Assembly: GCA_002434005.1 (NCBI GenBank)
Contig: DJJF01000015.1
Coordinates: 1,004 to 45,111, forward strand
DNA from: Candidatus Saccharibacteria bacterium UBA6575
Lineage (GTDB): Bacteria > Patescibacteriota > Saccharimonadia > Saccharimonadales > Saccharimonadaceae
Length of the DNA: 44,108 nt
Reading direction: 5' to 3'
In this document: piece by piece, positions 16,964 to 27,436 of the stretch
Position numbering within the stretch: position 1 is the first letter of the stretch
Layout: each line of letters opens with the position of its first letter
Translations under genes and position numbers: made by a program
The notes under the pieces: generated by a model
What the model saw: only the letters and a program-made list of their open reading frames with translations
Databases searched by the model: none
Told to the model about the DNA's origin: nothing

Positions 16964-17619
16964 TGGATAACGTAAAAGCCGATAAAACACTCCGCAAGCG
17001 CCAGCAGATTTCGAGTGCTAATCGAATGATGTTCATATGGGTCGCCGCCGGATCTGGAGTGGTAGGCGTGGCTCTAGTCGTCTCGATCTTCTTGGTGCAG
17101 CAGCTTGTCTTCAACGAAAAGGTATTAGCTCGTAAAAACCAAACTGTTAGTTCGCTCGAAAACAGCCAAAAAGCAGTGCCAGAGCTGCGTAACCAGATAG
17201 CGGTGCGGAACACCGATCAAGCACTGCTTGATAGCCGTGCCAAGGACAGTGACAAACCGCTCCAGGTTGTTATCGATGCATTACCTGATTCAGCAAACTC
17301 GGCCGCGCTTGGCGCATCGCTCCAGAATGTACTCATTCCTGGAACGGGTATCCAGCTCGAGGCTTTAAAAGTAGACCCACTCGATGCAACAAGTACCGAA
17401 GGTGTTATGACGTTCTTGTTCTCGGTATCAACTGATCGCGGCTCTATTGGTGAGCTTCGCAACCTACAGCAACGCCTTGAACGCTCAATCCGTGCCATTA
17501 ATGTAAAATCTGTACTTGTAGAAACATCTGTCGCTAAGGCGACTATGACAGTGAGCGGGGAAGCGTACTATCAGAGTGCGCGCAAACTTGAACTTGGAAC
17601 GGAGACGATCAAGCCATGA
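16963..17619 (+). CDS. pilO: Type IV pilus assembly protein PilO-like
   Basis: TM, coiled coil, ALP motif and LERSIR region; position after pilN. Confidence 0.75.
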   Translation: MDNVKADKTLRKRQQISSANRMMFIWVAAGSGVVGVALVVSIFLVQQLVFNEKVLARKNQTVSSLENSQKAVPELRNQIAVRNTDQALLDSRAKDSDKPLQVVIDALPDSANSAALGASLQNVLIPGTGIQLEALKVDPLDATSTEGVMTFLFSVSTDRGSIGELRNLQQRLERSIRAINVKSVLVETSVAKATMTVSGEAYYQSARKLELGTETIKP

Positions 17620-17855
17620 AAAAGTCTGATATCGCCATGATCATCTTGATTGCATCGGTTAGCATGATCGTCGCTTACTTCGTGGTGAAGTCGATTCCGA
17701 TCTTCCAGAGTTCAAGCGAGCCAAAGAAGGTAAGCACTTTCCAAGAAATTACCTCGAACGTCGACGAACCAGATCCTGAAGTATTCAACTCCGGAGCGAT
17801 AAACCCAACGGTCGAAGTCTTTATTGGCGGAAACTCAGCATCGTCAGGGCAGTAG
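17616..17855 (+). CDS. Small membrane protein in the PilP position
   Basis: 79 aa, single N-terminal TM, INP motif near the C-terminus; coupled to pilO. Confidence 0.7.
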   Translation: MKKSDIAMIILIASVSMIVAYFVVKSIPIFQSSSEPKKVSTFQEITSNVDEPDPEVFNSGAINPTVEVFIGGNSASSGQ

Positions 17856-17865
17856 GTAGCCGCTT

Positions 17866-19629
17866 ATGGCACTTCTAACACCAGAAATACAGGAAAAGCT
17901 GACAACGCTTTTAGTTGAAGAAGGGTTGATTACTCAGACTGCGATAGACACCGCCAAGGATACTGCTACCAAAGAGAATCAGCCACTCATGACGACGCTC
18001 GTAAAGTCGGGAGATATCAGCGATGAGTTACTGACACATGCAACTGCTCAGGTTTCGGGTGTTCCATATGTAAACCTAAGCAACACGCTTATTAACGAGC
18101 AGATTCTTTCACTGCTGCCCGAAGATATAGCTGAGCGCTTTATGGCAGTGCCACTCGCTGAAGTGCAAAATCGTCTCGCGGTCGCTATGATCGACGCTAA
18201 CAACGTTCAGGCAGTCGACTTCCTGGCAAACCGTATCAACCGGCCTTTAAAGGTATTTATGGCATCCGAAGCCGGTATTCGGCACGTACTCGAGCAATAC
18301 AAGACCGACCTATCGTCGGTTGATATGGCTGCCGAGGAGTCCGAAGAGGCTGCGCAGACCAAGGCTTCAAGTAACATCAAAACAATTGTGCAGGACTCGC
18401 CGATTTCGCGAGCACTTAGTACCATTTTGGAATTCGCAGTAAAGAGTAAGGCAAGTGACATCCATATTGAACCACTCGAGAATGCACTCAAGATCCGCTG
18501 TCGAGTAGACGGTGTACTACGTGAGATTATGCAGCTGCCAAAATCAATTGAACCAGCATTAATTAGTCGAATAAAGATTTTGTCCAACCTCAAGATTGAC
18601 GAACACCGTGTGCCACAAGACGGTCAGTTCGCAGTTAGCGTTGCCAAGAAGGAAGTTGACCTTCGTATCGCTATATCACCGGTTGTTTGGGGTGAGCAGG
18701 TGGTTATCCGTCTTCTCGACAAGAGTGGGAACAGCTTTGACCTAGAGCAAATGGGCTATGCTGGCCGCGGTCTACGCACAATACGTAAAGGTGTAAAACG
18801 ACCAAACGGAATGATTTTAACGAGTGGTCCAACTGGTAGTGGTAAGTCGACCAGTTTGTATGCTCTAATCAAGGAAATCAAAGACGACTCAGTCAACATT
18901 GTGACACTCGAAGATCCAGTTGAATACAAGATGCAAGGTGTGAACCAGATTCAGGTGAATGCTGAAGTTGGCTTGACCTTTGCTAACGGGCTTCGTTCAA
19001 TCCTTCGTCAAGACCCAGACATCGTAATGGTAGGGGAGATCCGTGACAAAGAAACCGCAGAGCTCGCGGTGCAGGCTGCACTTACTGGGCACTTGGTATT
19101 CAGTACGCTTCACACCAACTCAGCAGCTGGAGTGTTGCCGCGTCTACTCGACATGGGAATTGAACCGTTCTTGATCGCCAGTACCGTGAATACGATCATC
19201 GGTCAGCGTTTAGTGCGCCGTGTAGCCACGAAGCGCGATGCATATAACTCGAGCCCGATTGAAACCCAGAACATTCTAACAACCGTGGGGCACTTACTAC
19301 CTCAGACAAAAGACGTCGTCACGCAGGTATCCGAAGACCTGGGGTATAAAGACTTGCCGTTAGCTGGCCAAAGCGCTTATACTTTAGTCAAAGGTAAAGA
19401 TACACCTCAGACACCACGTGGCTACTCAGGCCGCGCAGGACTATACGAGGTAATGGATGTTACCGAGGAAATTCAAAATTTGATCATCAAACGCGCAACC
19501 AGCGCCGAGATTCAAAAGGTAGCAGTCGCGCAGGGTATGGTGACAATGCGTCAGGACGGTTACCTGAAGGCACTGGGCGGACTTACCACAATGGAAGAAG
19601 TGAACCGAGTAGCGGCCGATACGGCATAA
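17866..19629 (+). CDS. pilB: Type IV pilus assembly ATPase PilB (GspE/PulE family)
   Basis: ASDIHIEP, PQDG, Walker A GPTGSGKS, TLEDPVE, LRQDPDIVMVGEIRD, His box TGHLVFSTLH. Confidence 0.95.
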   Translation: MALLTPEIQEKLTTLLVEEGLITQTAIDTAKDTATKENQPLMTTLVKSGDISDELLTHATAQVSGVPYVNLSNTLINEQILSLLPEDIAERFMAVPLAEVQNRLAVAMIDANNVQAVDFLANRINRPLKVFMASEAGIRHVLEQYKTDLSSVDMAAEESEEAAQTKASSNIKTIVQDSPISRALSTILEFAVKSKASDIHIEPLENALKIRCRVDGVLREIMQLPKSIEPALISRIKILSNLKIDEHRVPQDGQFAVSVAKKEVDLRIAISPVVWGEQVVIRLLDKSGNSFDLEQMGYAGRGLRTIRKGVKRPNGMILTSGPTGSGKSTSLYALIKEIKDDSVNIVTLEDPVEYKMQGVNQIQVNAEVGLTFANGLRSILRQDPDIVMVGEIRDKETAELAVQAALTGHLVFSTLHTNSAAGVLPRLLDMGIEPFLIASTVNTIIGQRLVRRVATKRDAYNSSPIETQNILTTVGHLLPQTKDVVTQVSEDLGYKDLPLAGQSAYTLVKGKDTPQTPRGYSGRAGLYEVMDVTEEIQNLIIKRATSAEIQKVAVAQGMVTMRQDGYLKALGGLTTMEEVNRVAADTA

Positions 19630-19648
19630 CAAAGGTGGGATAAACGAT

Positions 19649-20716
19649 ATGCAACAAGAACTTAGGATAGAACTGTTACTCGAAGAAGTGGTGAAGAAGC
19701 GTGCCAGTGACCTTCACTTGCAGGTTGGATTGCCGCCTATGCTTCGTGTTGACGGTAGCCTTAACCCGATTCCGGGGTACAATCCGCTTGGTGAGGCAGA
19801 AGTAGAGCAATTGATCTATGCGATCCTTGATGAAGACCAGCAGCAGATACTGAACAAAGATAAGGAATTCGACTTTTCATTTGCTTTTGGCAACTTAGGG
19901 CGATTCCGTGTTAACGCTTTCCACGAACGGGGAAACCTAGCAGGTGCACTTCGTTTAATCCCGAACGAGATCAAGAACGTTATGGAGCTTGGTATGCCGC
20001 AGGTCGTGCAGTCATTCGCCGATTATCCACGCGGCCTCGTGCTTGTAACTGGTCCAACTGGTAGCGGTAAGTCTACAACGCTCGCAGCGCTTGTCGATAA
20101 GATCAACACCGAGAAGTCTCACCACATTATTACCATCGAAGACCCGATCGAGTTCACGCATAAGTCAAAGAAATCTGTCATTGTCCAGCGTGAAGTGCAC
20201 TATGACACCTACAGCTTCTCGGCAGCCCTGCGAAGCTCATTGCGTCAGGACCCGGACGTTGTGTTGATCGGTGAGATGCGTGACCTCGAAACTATTTCAG
20301 CGGCTATCACGATCGCAGAAACTGGGCACTTGGTATTCGCGACCCTGCACACCAACTCCGCTGCGCAGTCGATCGACCGTATGATTGACGTATTCCCGCC
20401 GCACCAGCAGCCACAAATTCGCGCACAGCTATCTAATATCCTTATGGCGATTTGTTCCCAGCGTCTCGTGCCAGCCATTGGTGGTGGTCGTGTCGTCGCA
20501 GCAGAAGTGTTAATTGCGAATCCTGCTGTGCGTAACATTATTCGTGAAGGTAAGAGCCACCAGCTCGATGCAGTTATTCAAACTTCAGCCGACCAAGGCA
20601 TGCAGACAATGGACCGTACACTCGTAAGCTTGGTGCAAGCTGGTACGATTACCTACGATGAAGCTCGTAACTATGCTGTTGATCTAACCGAATTCGAACG
20701 ATTGATGAGAGGCTAG
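19649..20716 (+). CDS. pilT: Type IV pilus retraction ATPase PilT
   Basis: ASDLHL, GPTGSGKSTT, TIEDPIE, LRQDPDVVLIGEMRD, AVRNIIRE (AIRNLIRE motif), GMQTMD. Confidence 0.96.
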   Translation: MQQELRIELLLEEVVKKRASDLHLQVGLPPMLRVDGSLNPIPGYNPLGEAEVEQLIYAILDEDQQQILNKDKEFDFSFAFGNLGRFRVNAFHERGNLAGALRLIPNEIKNVMELGMPQVVQSFADYPRGLVLVTGPTGSGKSTTLAALVDKINTEKSHHIITIEDPIEFTHKSKKSVIVQREVHYDTYSFSAALRSSLRQDPDVVLIGEMRDLETISAAITIAETGHLVFATLHTNSAAQSIDRMIDVFPPHQQPQIRAQLSNILMAICSQRLVPAIGGGRVVAAEVLIANPAVRNIIREGKSHQLDAVIQTSADQGMQTMDRTLVSLVQAGTITYDEARNYAVDLTEFERLMRG

Positions 20717-20729
20717 TCAGGGGCATTAC

Positions 20730-21941
20730 GTGAAGCGCTATACCTACGAAGCAAAAGATACCTCTACCGGTAAAAAGGTAAAATCGGTTGTACAGGCTGA
20801 GAGTGAGCAGGCAGCTGCAAAAGTGCTGCTTGCTCAGGGTTTTGCACCATTAAACATCGAAGAAGAGGGTAATAGCGACTCCATTCTCGCGCGGTTTACA
20901 AACCGCATCGGTACAAAAGACAAGATCGTATTCAGTCGTCAACTCGCCACACTGATTGGCGCCGGCTTGCCGCTATCCCAGAGCATGCGCACGATTGCCG
21001 AGCAGACTGAAAACAAACGATTCCGAGCCATTGTTGAAGAAATTCTCGCAGATGTTGAATCAGGTAAGACACTATCCGACTCATTCGCAAAGTACCCGGA
21101 TATATTCGACAAAGTGTTTTTATCTCTTATAAAAGCGGGTGAAGCATCCGGTACACTCGATGACGCCTTAAAGCGGATTGCGAATCAGCAAGAGAAAGAT
21201 GCCGCCATGATGAGCAAGATCAAGGGGGCGCTTACATATCCACTTATCGTTCTTGTCGTCATATTTGGTGTTATGGCGTTCATGCTATTCACTGTTGTTC
21301 CACAGGTTGAAAAACTCTATGACGACCTAGGTAAAGAACTGCCATTCCTTACCCAAACCATGGTGAACGGAGCAGACTTCTTAACGAAGTTCTGGTGGCT
21401 CGTGATAATAATCCTGGGTGTAGCGGGTTACTTCATTGCTCAGTATCTTAAAACAGAAGACGGTATAAAGGTGAAAGACACATTTAAGCTAAATGTGCCG
21501 CTATTCGGGGTGATGTTCCGAAAACTCTACATGGCTCGATTTGCACGTACAGCTCAGACGCTGCTGAATACCGGTGTTCCAATGCTTGATATGCTCAAAA
21601 TTACTAGTGAGGCAGTAAACAACACAATCGTTGGCGCAGGTATCACTCGTGCAGCCGAGAAGGTAAAGGGCGGTAAGGCTCTATCGGAATCAATCGCTTC
21701 GGAAGAATATATCCTTCAGTTAGTTCCACAAATGGTCAAGATCGGCGAGCAATCCGGTAAGATCGATGAAATGCTAGGGCGAGCGGCCCAGGTATATGAG
21801 GATGAGTTAGACGAGCAGATCAAGGCGATTTCGACCGCGATCGAGCCACTCCTAATGGTGGTACTAGCTGTCGTAGCAGGTGGTATGGTAGGGGCTATCT
21901 TGTTCCCAATATATAGCCTCGTTAACGGCGTTAACGTTTAA
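20730..21941 (+). CDS. pilC: Type IV pilus platform protein PilC (GspF family)
   Basis: FSRQLATLIGAGLPL, GEASGTLD, ALTYP, GEQSGKID, IEP. Confidence 0.95.
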   Translation: MKRYTYEAKDTSTGKKVKSVVQAESEQAAAKVLLAQGFAPLNIEEEGNSDSILARFTNRIGTKDKIVFSRQLATLIGAGLPLSQSMRTIAEQTENKRFRAIVEEILADVESGKTLSDSFAKYPDIFDKVFLSLIKAGEASGTLDDALKRIANQQEKDAAMMSKIKGALTYPLIVLVVIFGVMAFMLFTVVPQVEKLYDDLGKELPFLTQTMVNGADFLTKFWWLVIIILGVAGYFIAQYLKTEDGIKVKDTFKLNVPLFGVMFRKLYMARFARTAQTLLNTGVPMLDMLKITSEAVNNTIVGAGITRAAEKVKGGKALSESIASEEYILQLVPQMVKIGEQSGKIDEMLGRAAQVYEDELDEQIKAISTAIEPLLMVVLAVVAGGMVGAILFPIYSLVNGVNV

Positions 21942-21944
21942 CTA

Positions 21945-21973
21945 TAGACAAAACATACGCTCGTGCGTATGAT
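21945..21973 (+). promoter_or_regulatory. Promoter of the major pilin
   Basis: TAGACA-17-TATGAT; AGAAAGGTGG SD before ATG 22029. Confidence 0.65.
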
Positions 21974-22028
21974 AAGCGTAAGCAAGAATGCTTAACAGTT
22001 TAAGTTCATAGAAAGGTGGGAATCAAAT

Positions 22029-22511
22029 ATGAACGCTCAAACTAAAAAACAAGGATTCACGATCATCGAAGTCGTGCTTGTCCTTGCAATCGCAGGACTT
22101 ATCTTCCTGATGGTGTTCATTGCATTGCCTGCACTGCAGCGCAACCAGCGTGACACAGCACGAAAGAACGACATGAGCCGGGCTCAGACGGCTATCAACA
22201 CAGCGGCTTCTAATAGCCGAGGCGCCCTGCCAACGCTTGACGCGGCATTTATCACTAGGTACCTACAGGTAAACGGTGATGAATTCAAAGACCCAGCCGG
22301 TAAAGACTATGCATTCTCAGCGCTAGCTGGTGCTGCTGCTCCGACAACTGGATTCGACGGCAACAACAGTGCACAGACCAACGTGCGTGTCTTCTACACA
22401 ACCGGAGCGGTGTGTGGTAACGATGGTGTAGTCACGCTAAACCAAGGCTCGCGTAAGGTCGCGCTTCGACTCGTTCTCGAAGGTGGCGGTATCTCCTGCG
22501 TTAACAACTAG
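22029..22511 (+). CDS. pilA: Major type IV pilin
   Basis: QG|FTIIEV prepilin site, hydrophobic helix, RDTARK and a C-terminal Cys pair; has its own promoter, SD and terminator. Confidence 0.88.
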   Translation: MNAQTKKQGFTIIEVVLVLAIAGLIFLMVFIALPALQRNQRDTARKNDMSRAQTAINTAASNSRGALPTLDAAFITRYLQVNGDEFKDPAGKDYAFSALAGAAAPTTGFDGNNSAQTNVRVFYTTGAVCGNDGVVTLNQGSRKVALRLVLEGGGISCVNN

Positions 22512-22528
22512 CAGATAATGAGATCTCT

Positions 22529-22559
22529 AAAACCAGCTCGCTTGTGCGAGCTGGTTTTT
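22529..22559 (+). terminator. Rho-independent terminator after the pilin
   Basis: AAAACCAGCTCGC-TTGT-GCGAGCTGGTTTTT. Confidence 0.9.
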
Positions 22560-22591
22560 CGTATCAAGTATGTCTGTTATGATGAAAAGCA

Positions 22592-23500
22592 ATGACCGTA
22601 CTGCTTTCGTTTATTGCCGGGGTGATGGGCCTCCTACTGGGGAGTTTCGCTGGCGCACAGGTGTGGCGCTTACGGGCGCGTCAACTGGCTCATGATAAGG
22701 CAGCAGGTGAAGAGTACGACACATCTGAATATAAACGCCTACATGGCCTTATGGGGCAGAAAACAAGCGAGGATCGCTCACGATGCCTATCGTGCGGCCA
22801 CACGTTAGCCTGGTACGACCTTATCCCACTTGTCAGCTGGGTGAGCACAAGAGGGAAATGTCGCTATTGCAAGCAGCCCATTGGGCTTTTAGAGCCACTT
22901 ATTGAACTAGGCACGGCATCCGTTTTCGGTCTATTTACGTATATGTGGATTGCATCGTCAGGTTTACAAGCATTCGGACTCATTCTACTCTTGCTCTGGT
23001 TAGCGGCATTCGTGATGCTTATCATCTTGTTTGTGTACGATCTGAAATGGTTCTTGCTGCCAGATGTTATCATGTTTCCACTCATTGGGTTATCGCTCGT
23101 CATATCCCTAATGAGCATCACGCTATTTTCTAATGCTACGCTCGGAGAAATCGCTTCGACCACTACCAGCGTTGCTATACTCGGGGGCTTGTATCTGATC
23201 CTCTGGCTTGTATCAAAGGGTGCATGGGTCGGGTTCGGTGATGTGAAACTGGGTGTGGCGCTTGGATTACTGCTCATGGATTGGAAGCTGGCACTTCTGA
23301 CACTATTTCTTGCAAACCTCATTGGTACACTGGTCGTACTACCAGGCCTCCTTTCGGGCAAGCTGTCACGCAAGGCTCAGGTGCCGTTTGGCCCATTCCT
23401 CATACTCGGATTCTTTATTTCACTTACTGCAGGTCATTGGATTCTAGATGGCTATATGGCATTCACCCAGTGGTTGAGTACCGTTTTGCTTATGCTATAA
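22592..23500 (+). CDS. pilD: Prepilin peptidase/N-methyltransferase
   Basis: GSF, RSRCLSCGHTL..YDLIP, GKCRYC, DLKW, GFGDVKL, PFGPFL. Confidence 0.95.
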   Translation: MTVLLSFIAGVMGLLLGSFAGAQVWRLRARQLAHDKAAGEEYDTSEYKRLHGLMGQKTSEDRSRCLSCGHTLAWYDLIPLVSWVSTRGKCRYCKQPIGLLEPLIELGTASVFGLFTYMWIASSGLQAFGLILLLLWLAAFVMLIILFVYDLKWFLLPDVIMFPLIGLSLVISLMSITLFSNATLGEIASTTTSVAILGGLYLILWLVSKGAWVGFGDVKLGVALGLLLMDWKLALLTLFLANLIGTLVVLPGLLSGKLSRKAQVPFGPFLILGFFISLTAGHWILDGYMAFTQWLSTVLLML

Positions 23501-23509
23501 TTACCCCAA

Positions 23510-24289
23510 ATGGGCGCATACTTCAGATCACGTAAACAGGGGCGGACGGGCGATGAAGTGCGTCGCATGCCGGTACATGGTTTTACGATCATCGAAGTTA
23601 TGCTATTTTTTGCTGTTACAGGCGCACTAATGCTTGGAGTTCTTGGAACAGCGTCGATAGGGGTTAATACGCAGCGCTACAATGATGCGGTTAATACTTT
23701 CGTTTCGATTGTGCAGCAGGAGTTTACGAATGTTACGAATGTCGTAAATTCCAATTCAGATACGAGCGTGTGTGCATCTGCATCGAACGTAAATCGTGGA
23801 ATATCAGATTGCGTGATTCTTGGACGATTGATGACAATTGATAGCAACGGTGATATGGTCCGCTCAAATATCGTAAGTACAACCACACCGACCACGCCAC
23901 CAGCTACGAATACTCGTGAGCTTGCAGTTGTCCGCGGCTATAATCCGCGTATTGACACCTCAAGCCAAGAAGACGGCCAGATGAACTGGGGAACCCGTAT
24001 TTTGCGAGGTTCAAACGGTTCAAACGTAGCGCTCCTTATTATTCGGTCTCCGCGCTCAGGAAATGTGTATAGCTATGTTGTACATTCGAGTGTAGGAATT
24101 CCTACAGATGTCAGTGATTTAATTGACGATATCATTGGAGGGGCTGCCGATAACTCGCGTGACCAATATATGTGTATTGATCGCTCCGGCTGGGTTGCGT
24201 CCAGTATGCGCGTCGTCAAGCTTACACCGTATGCGTCTGGGCCGGGTGGCGTAAATGTTGAGGATGAGTCAGGATCGGTATGCGGATAG
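23510..24289 (+). CDS. Minor pilin (start may be ATG 23567)
   Basis: HG|FTIIEVMLF prepilin motif. Confidence 0.85.
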   Translation: MGAYFRSRKQGRTGDEVRRMPVHGFTIIEVMLFFAVTGALMLGVLGTASIGVNTQRYNDAVNTFVSIVQQEFTNVTNVVNSNSDTSVCASASNVNRGISDCVILGRLMTIDSNGDMVRSNIVSTTTPTTPPATNTRELAVVRGYNPRIDTSSQEDGQMNWGTRILRGSNGSNVALLIIRSPRSGNVYSYVVHSSVGIPTDVSDLIDDIIGGAADNSRDQYMCIDRSGWVASSMRVVKLTPYASGPGGVNVEDESGSVCG

Positions 24290-25491
24290 GCGTGAACCAG
24301 CGTGGCGATACGATTATAGAGGTCATGGTAGCCTTTGCCGTATTTGCAATGGTTGCCGTTGGGGCGTTTACCATCATGAATCAAGGTACTGCCGGAGCAC
24401 AGAACACGCTTGAAACTACGTTGGTGCGCCAGCAAGTCGATAACCAGGCTGAATATATCCGGTACTTACACCAAGCATATATCTCGAATCCAAACGACCT
24501 AACCCCCGGGAGTGCCAGCGTTAAATTCAAGGATATTTTAGCTTTTGCAGAGACTGCGCACGACAACGGCCTCACACAGCCGAGCTCGTTTGGGGCAACC
24601 TGTACGCAGACTATTCCTGGAACCGACACATCACGCTTCGTACTCAACAAATCGGGCGATAGGATTTCTAATGTACGTCCCGCATCATCTATTGGTGCGG
24701 CGGTCGCACCGTATGCGCAGCTAGCCGACTCCACTACTTCATACGGGCTGTGGATCGAGCCGATCGTATCCGAACCCGATGCTAGCGGAACTACCCGTTA
24801 TATCGATTTTCATGTACGAGCTTGTTGGGAGAGTGCCTCGGCGAGTTCGCAAAGTACGCTTGGAACAATTGTACGTCTGTATGTGCCGGATAATGTGGCG
24901 ACCGGATCGGTCGGCTCCGGCGGCTCTCCAATTCCTGCCCCAACTATGATCACTGACTTTAGCTATGACGGCGCATCGAGGAATGGTTGCTACCCACATA
25001 AAGATGTTGAGCGTGACGAGCAATCTGAGTCTCGCCCAACTTGGACGCCTCCACTGGCGACATTACCTGGTATGGATGGTGTCGATGTATCCGCACCGGC
25101 TGTATGGCAATGCCAGGTAGAGGGAGCTGCGGTCTACTCGTGTGTGAACTACGATGTACAATACCAACCGAATATCCCAGCAGCATCCACCGGTAACTAC
25201 GAATTGACGCTCCGGTACTACGATGCGAATTGCGGCGCATATAATTATGTTGTTCCACCGTATGTATTCAAAGTTGATATTTACAAAGATGACGCATACC
25301 TACGAACCGTCGATCTTTCTCCTTCGGCCACTCCCGGCGGACTTAGAACGAGTACTGCGATCAATATTGGCGCAGTGTCGCCAACTACACGAATCCAGAT
25401 ACGCTGGTGGAATAACCACTTCTATGGACCGACTATGCAAGATCCTGATTTCGCCATTCAGCAATTGATACTCCAAAGGACAGGGCCGTAA
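24280..25491 (+). CDS. Minor pilin (PilV-like) with an appended C-terminal domain
   Basis: RG|DTIIEVMVAF motif; the pilin domain ends near TIVRLY, followed by a Gly/Ser/Pro linker and about 170 extra aa. Confidence 0.82.
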   Translation: MRIGVNQRGDTIIEVMVAFAVFAMVAVGAFTIMNQGTAGAQNTLETTLVRQQVDNQAEYIRYLHQAYISNPNDLTPGSASVKFKDILAFAETAHDNGLTQPSSFGATCTQTIPGTDTSRFVLNKSGDRISNVRPASSIGAAVAPYAQLADSTTSYGLWIEPIVSEPDASGTTRYIDFHVRACWESASASSQSTLGTIVRLYVPDNVATGSVGSGGSPIPAPTMITDFSYDGASRNGCYPHKDVERDEQSESRPTWTPPLATLPGMDGVDVSAPAVWQCQVEGAAVYSCVNYDVQYQPNIPAASTGNYELTLRYYDANCGAYNYVVPPYVFKVDIYKDDAYLRTVDLSPSATPGGLRTSTAINIGAVSPTTRIQIRWWNNHFYGPTMQDPDFAIQQLILQRTGP

Positions 25492-26225
25492 TGCGATACC
25501 ATAAAGGATTTACTTTGATCGAACTCATGCTGTCTATGGCATTTGTTTCAATCTTATTAATTTCGATTGCCATGCTATCGATTCAACTGTCTAACCAATA
25601 CTCGCGAGGCCTAACATTAAAGGAAGTCACCCAGGCTGGAACCGAAGCCTCGAATGACATCAAACGTACTATGGCCCAGGCCCAGATTTCGACTACCGGA
25701 GTTCGCTTAAAACAAGTTTTGAATGGGGGTTGGGCACTATGTACGGGTTCATATACCTATATTGCAAATAGCCCGGGTAATTTAGAAGCAAATAATGCGA
25801 ATGTAATACGAGTTGGGGAGGGAGCAAACAAATCACCAGCACGGTTGGCGAAAGTTCGTGACCTGGGTGGTGCATTTTGTTCGGCAACAAGTAATCTTGA
25901 TACGGTAGCCGGCAAGAATGTGGACGCGACGGATGCATCCGAGCTGCTTTCCGGCGGATCACGGCTGCTGGTCGTGCGCGATCTGACCATTTCACCAAAT
26001 ACAGCAACCGGTAAGCCGGACTTGGGTCAACCGTTCTACGATGACTTCCAAAAGGGGCGGGGGATTTATGCCGTTACGATCACTATAGGTACCGGCGTAG
26101 ACTCAGAAATCCAATCAAACACCACATGTAAGCCGCCGGGAAGTGCTGATAAGTTGGCAAACCTGGATTTCTGCGCTATCGATACGTTTGAATTCACCAC
26201 ACGAGTAGGAAGCTCTGAGGTATGA
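25491..26225 (+). CDS. Minor pilin (PilW-like)
   Basis: KG|FTLIELMLSM prepilin motif. Confidence 0.85.
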   Translation: MRYHKGFTLIELMLSMAFVSILLISIAMLSIQLSNQYSRGLTLKEVTQAGTEASNDIKRTMAQAQISTTGVRLKQVLNGGWALCTGSYTYIANSPGNLEANNANVIRVGEGANKSPARLAKVRDLGGAFCSATSNLDTVAGKNVDATDASELLSGGSRLLVVRDLTISPNTATGKPDLGQPFYDDFQKGRGIYAVTITIGTGVDSEIQSNTTCKPPGSADKLANLDFCAIDTFEFTTRVGSSEV

Positions 26226-27436
26226 TAAACACTATGAGTAAACACAAACGATATACAGAACGCGGCGCCGTCTCTATTTTTGTGGTCGTGTTCTGTGCGT
26301 TGTTCGTTACGATTATTACGGTCAGTTTTGTGAGTCTGATGATCCGTGGGCAGCAGCAAGCTACCAATGCCGATTTATCTAACAGTGCCTATGATGCAGC
26401 CCTTGCCGGCGTAGAAGATGCCAAACGAGTTCTGCTAAAATATCGCCAATGTGCATCTAATAACTTCACGCCAGCGGGCTGTGCTCAGTTGAAGTTGATC
26501 TTCCAAGATCCACGGTGCAACATGGTACGCCGGGTGCTCACTACCATCAATGATGATGAAGAAACGCTCGTCAAGTCTGAGACCGAAGGCGCGAACTCTA
26601 ATTCAGAACAGCTCGACCAGGCGTATACCTGCGTAGAGGTGGATTACACGTCTGATGAGAAAGTAGTGAAAGTTGCAGACGGTGGATCGACGCTCGTACC
26701 GATAGATGCTAACGGTGAGCCGTATGACACGGTGAATATTAGCTGGTTTATGAAAAAACCAGATAGCCCTGCAGGCCTGACGTTACCGAACATTGCGGTT
26801 ACCGGGCGAACCTTACCAACGCCCGACCAGTGGCACACTGCTGGTGCTACATCGGCTACGCCGCCTATAGTTCGGGCACAGTGGATACAGCACGGGGCGA
26901 CGTTTAGCTCGGCTGACTTTGACGAGGATGATGCAAGCGGTAATTCTAATACCAACACCGTATTCCTATATCCAGGTAACTCGGGTAATGGCACCGGTGG
27001 TAGCGGCACCTCATTCTCATTAAACGATGAGCGTACGGCTGCATCGACGCAAGCCAAACAGCCGATTGCAGTATATTGCAACCCTTTGAACTATTTGAAT
27101 AATGGTGGCTACGCTTGCAGTGTTGACTTGCGTATACCGGATCCAAAAAACAGTGGGGGATCTCGTACATCGTATCTGAACCTTGGTGCCTTCTATAACT
27201 CCACGCAGGTAAGTGTGAAGCTCCTGAATGCCGGAGCGCCAGTTGAAATAGTTGCACCAACCATTGACTCTACCGGTCGGGCCAACGACTTGTTTAGGCG
27301 AGTCAAGGTAGGAATCAGCTTTACTGGTGATTATCCGAAGGCCAATTTTGATATCGGTGGAAATCTTTGTAAAGACTTTGCGGTTACGCCTGATAGGTTC
27401 ATATCAGGTACCTGCGACCCTAACACGCCAAATTAA
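26222..27436 (+). CDS. PilX-like minor pilin
   Basis: RG|AVSIFVV without Glu5; SAYDAALAGVEDA PilX N-terminal motif. Confidence 0.82.
   Translation: MINTMSKHKRYTERGAVSIFVVVFCALFVTIITVSFVSLMIRGQQQATNADLSNSAYDAALAGVEDAKRVLLKYRQCASNNFTPAGCAQLKLIFQDPRCNMVRRVLTTINDDEETLVKSETEGANSNSEQLDQAYTCVEVDYTSDEKVVKVADGGSTLVPIDANGEPYDTVNISWFMKKPDSPAGLTLPNIAVTGRTLPTPDQWHTAGATSATPPIVRAQWIQHGATFSSADFDEDDASGNSNTNTVFLYPGNSGNGTGGSGTSFSLNDERTAASTQAKQPIAVYCNPLNYLNNGGYACSVDLRIPDPKNSGGSRTSYLNLGAFYNSTQVSVKLLNAGAPVEIVAPTIDSTGRANDLFRRVKVGISFTGDYPKANFDIGGNLCKDFAVTPDRFISGTCDPNTPN

Noticed and set aside
19084..20338. Identical 18-nt stretch ACTGGGCACTTGGTATTC in pilB and pilT
   Set aside because: It encodes the conserved TGHLVF His box of paralogous ATPases.
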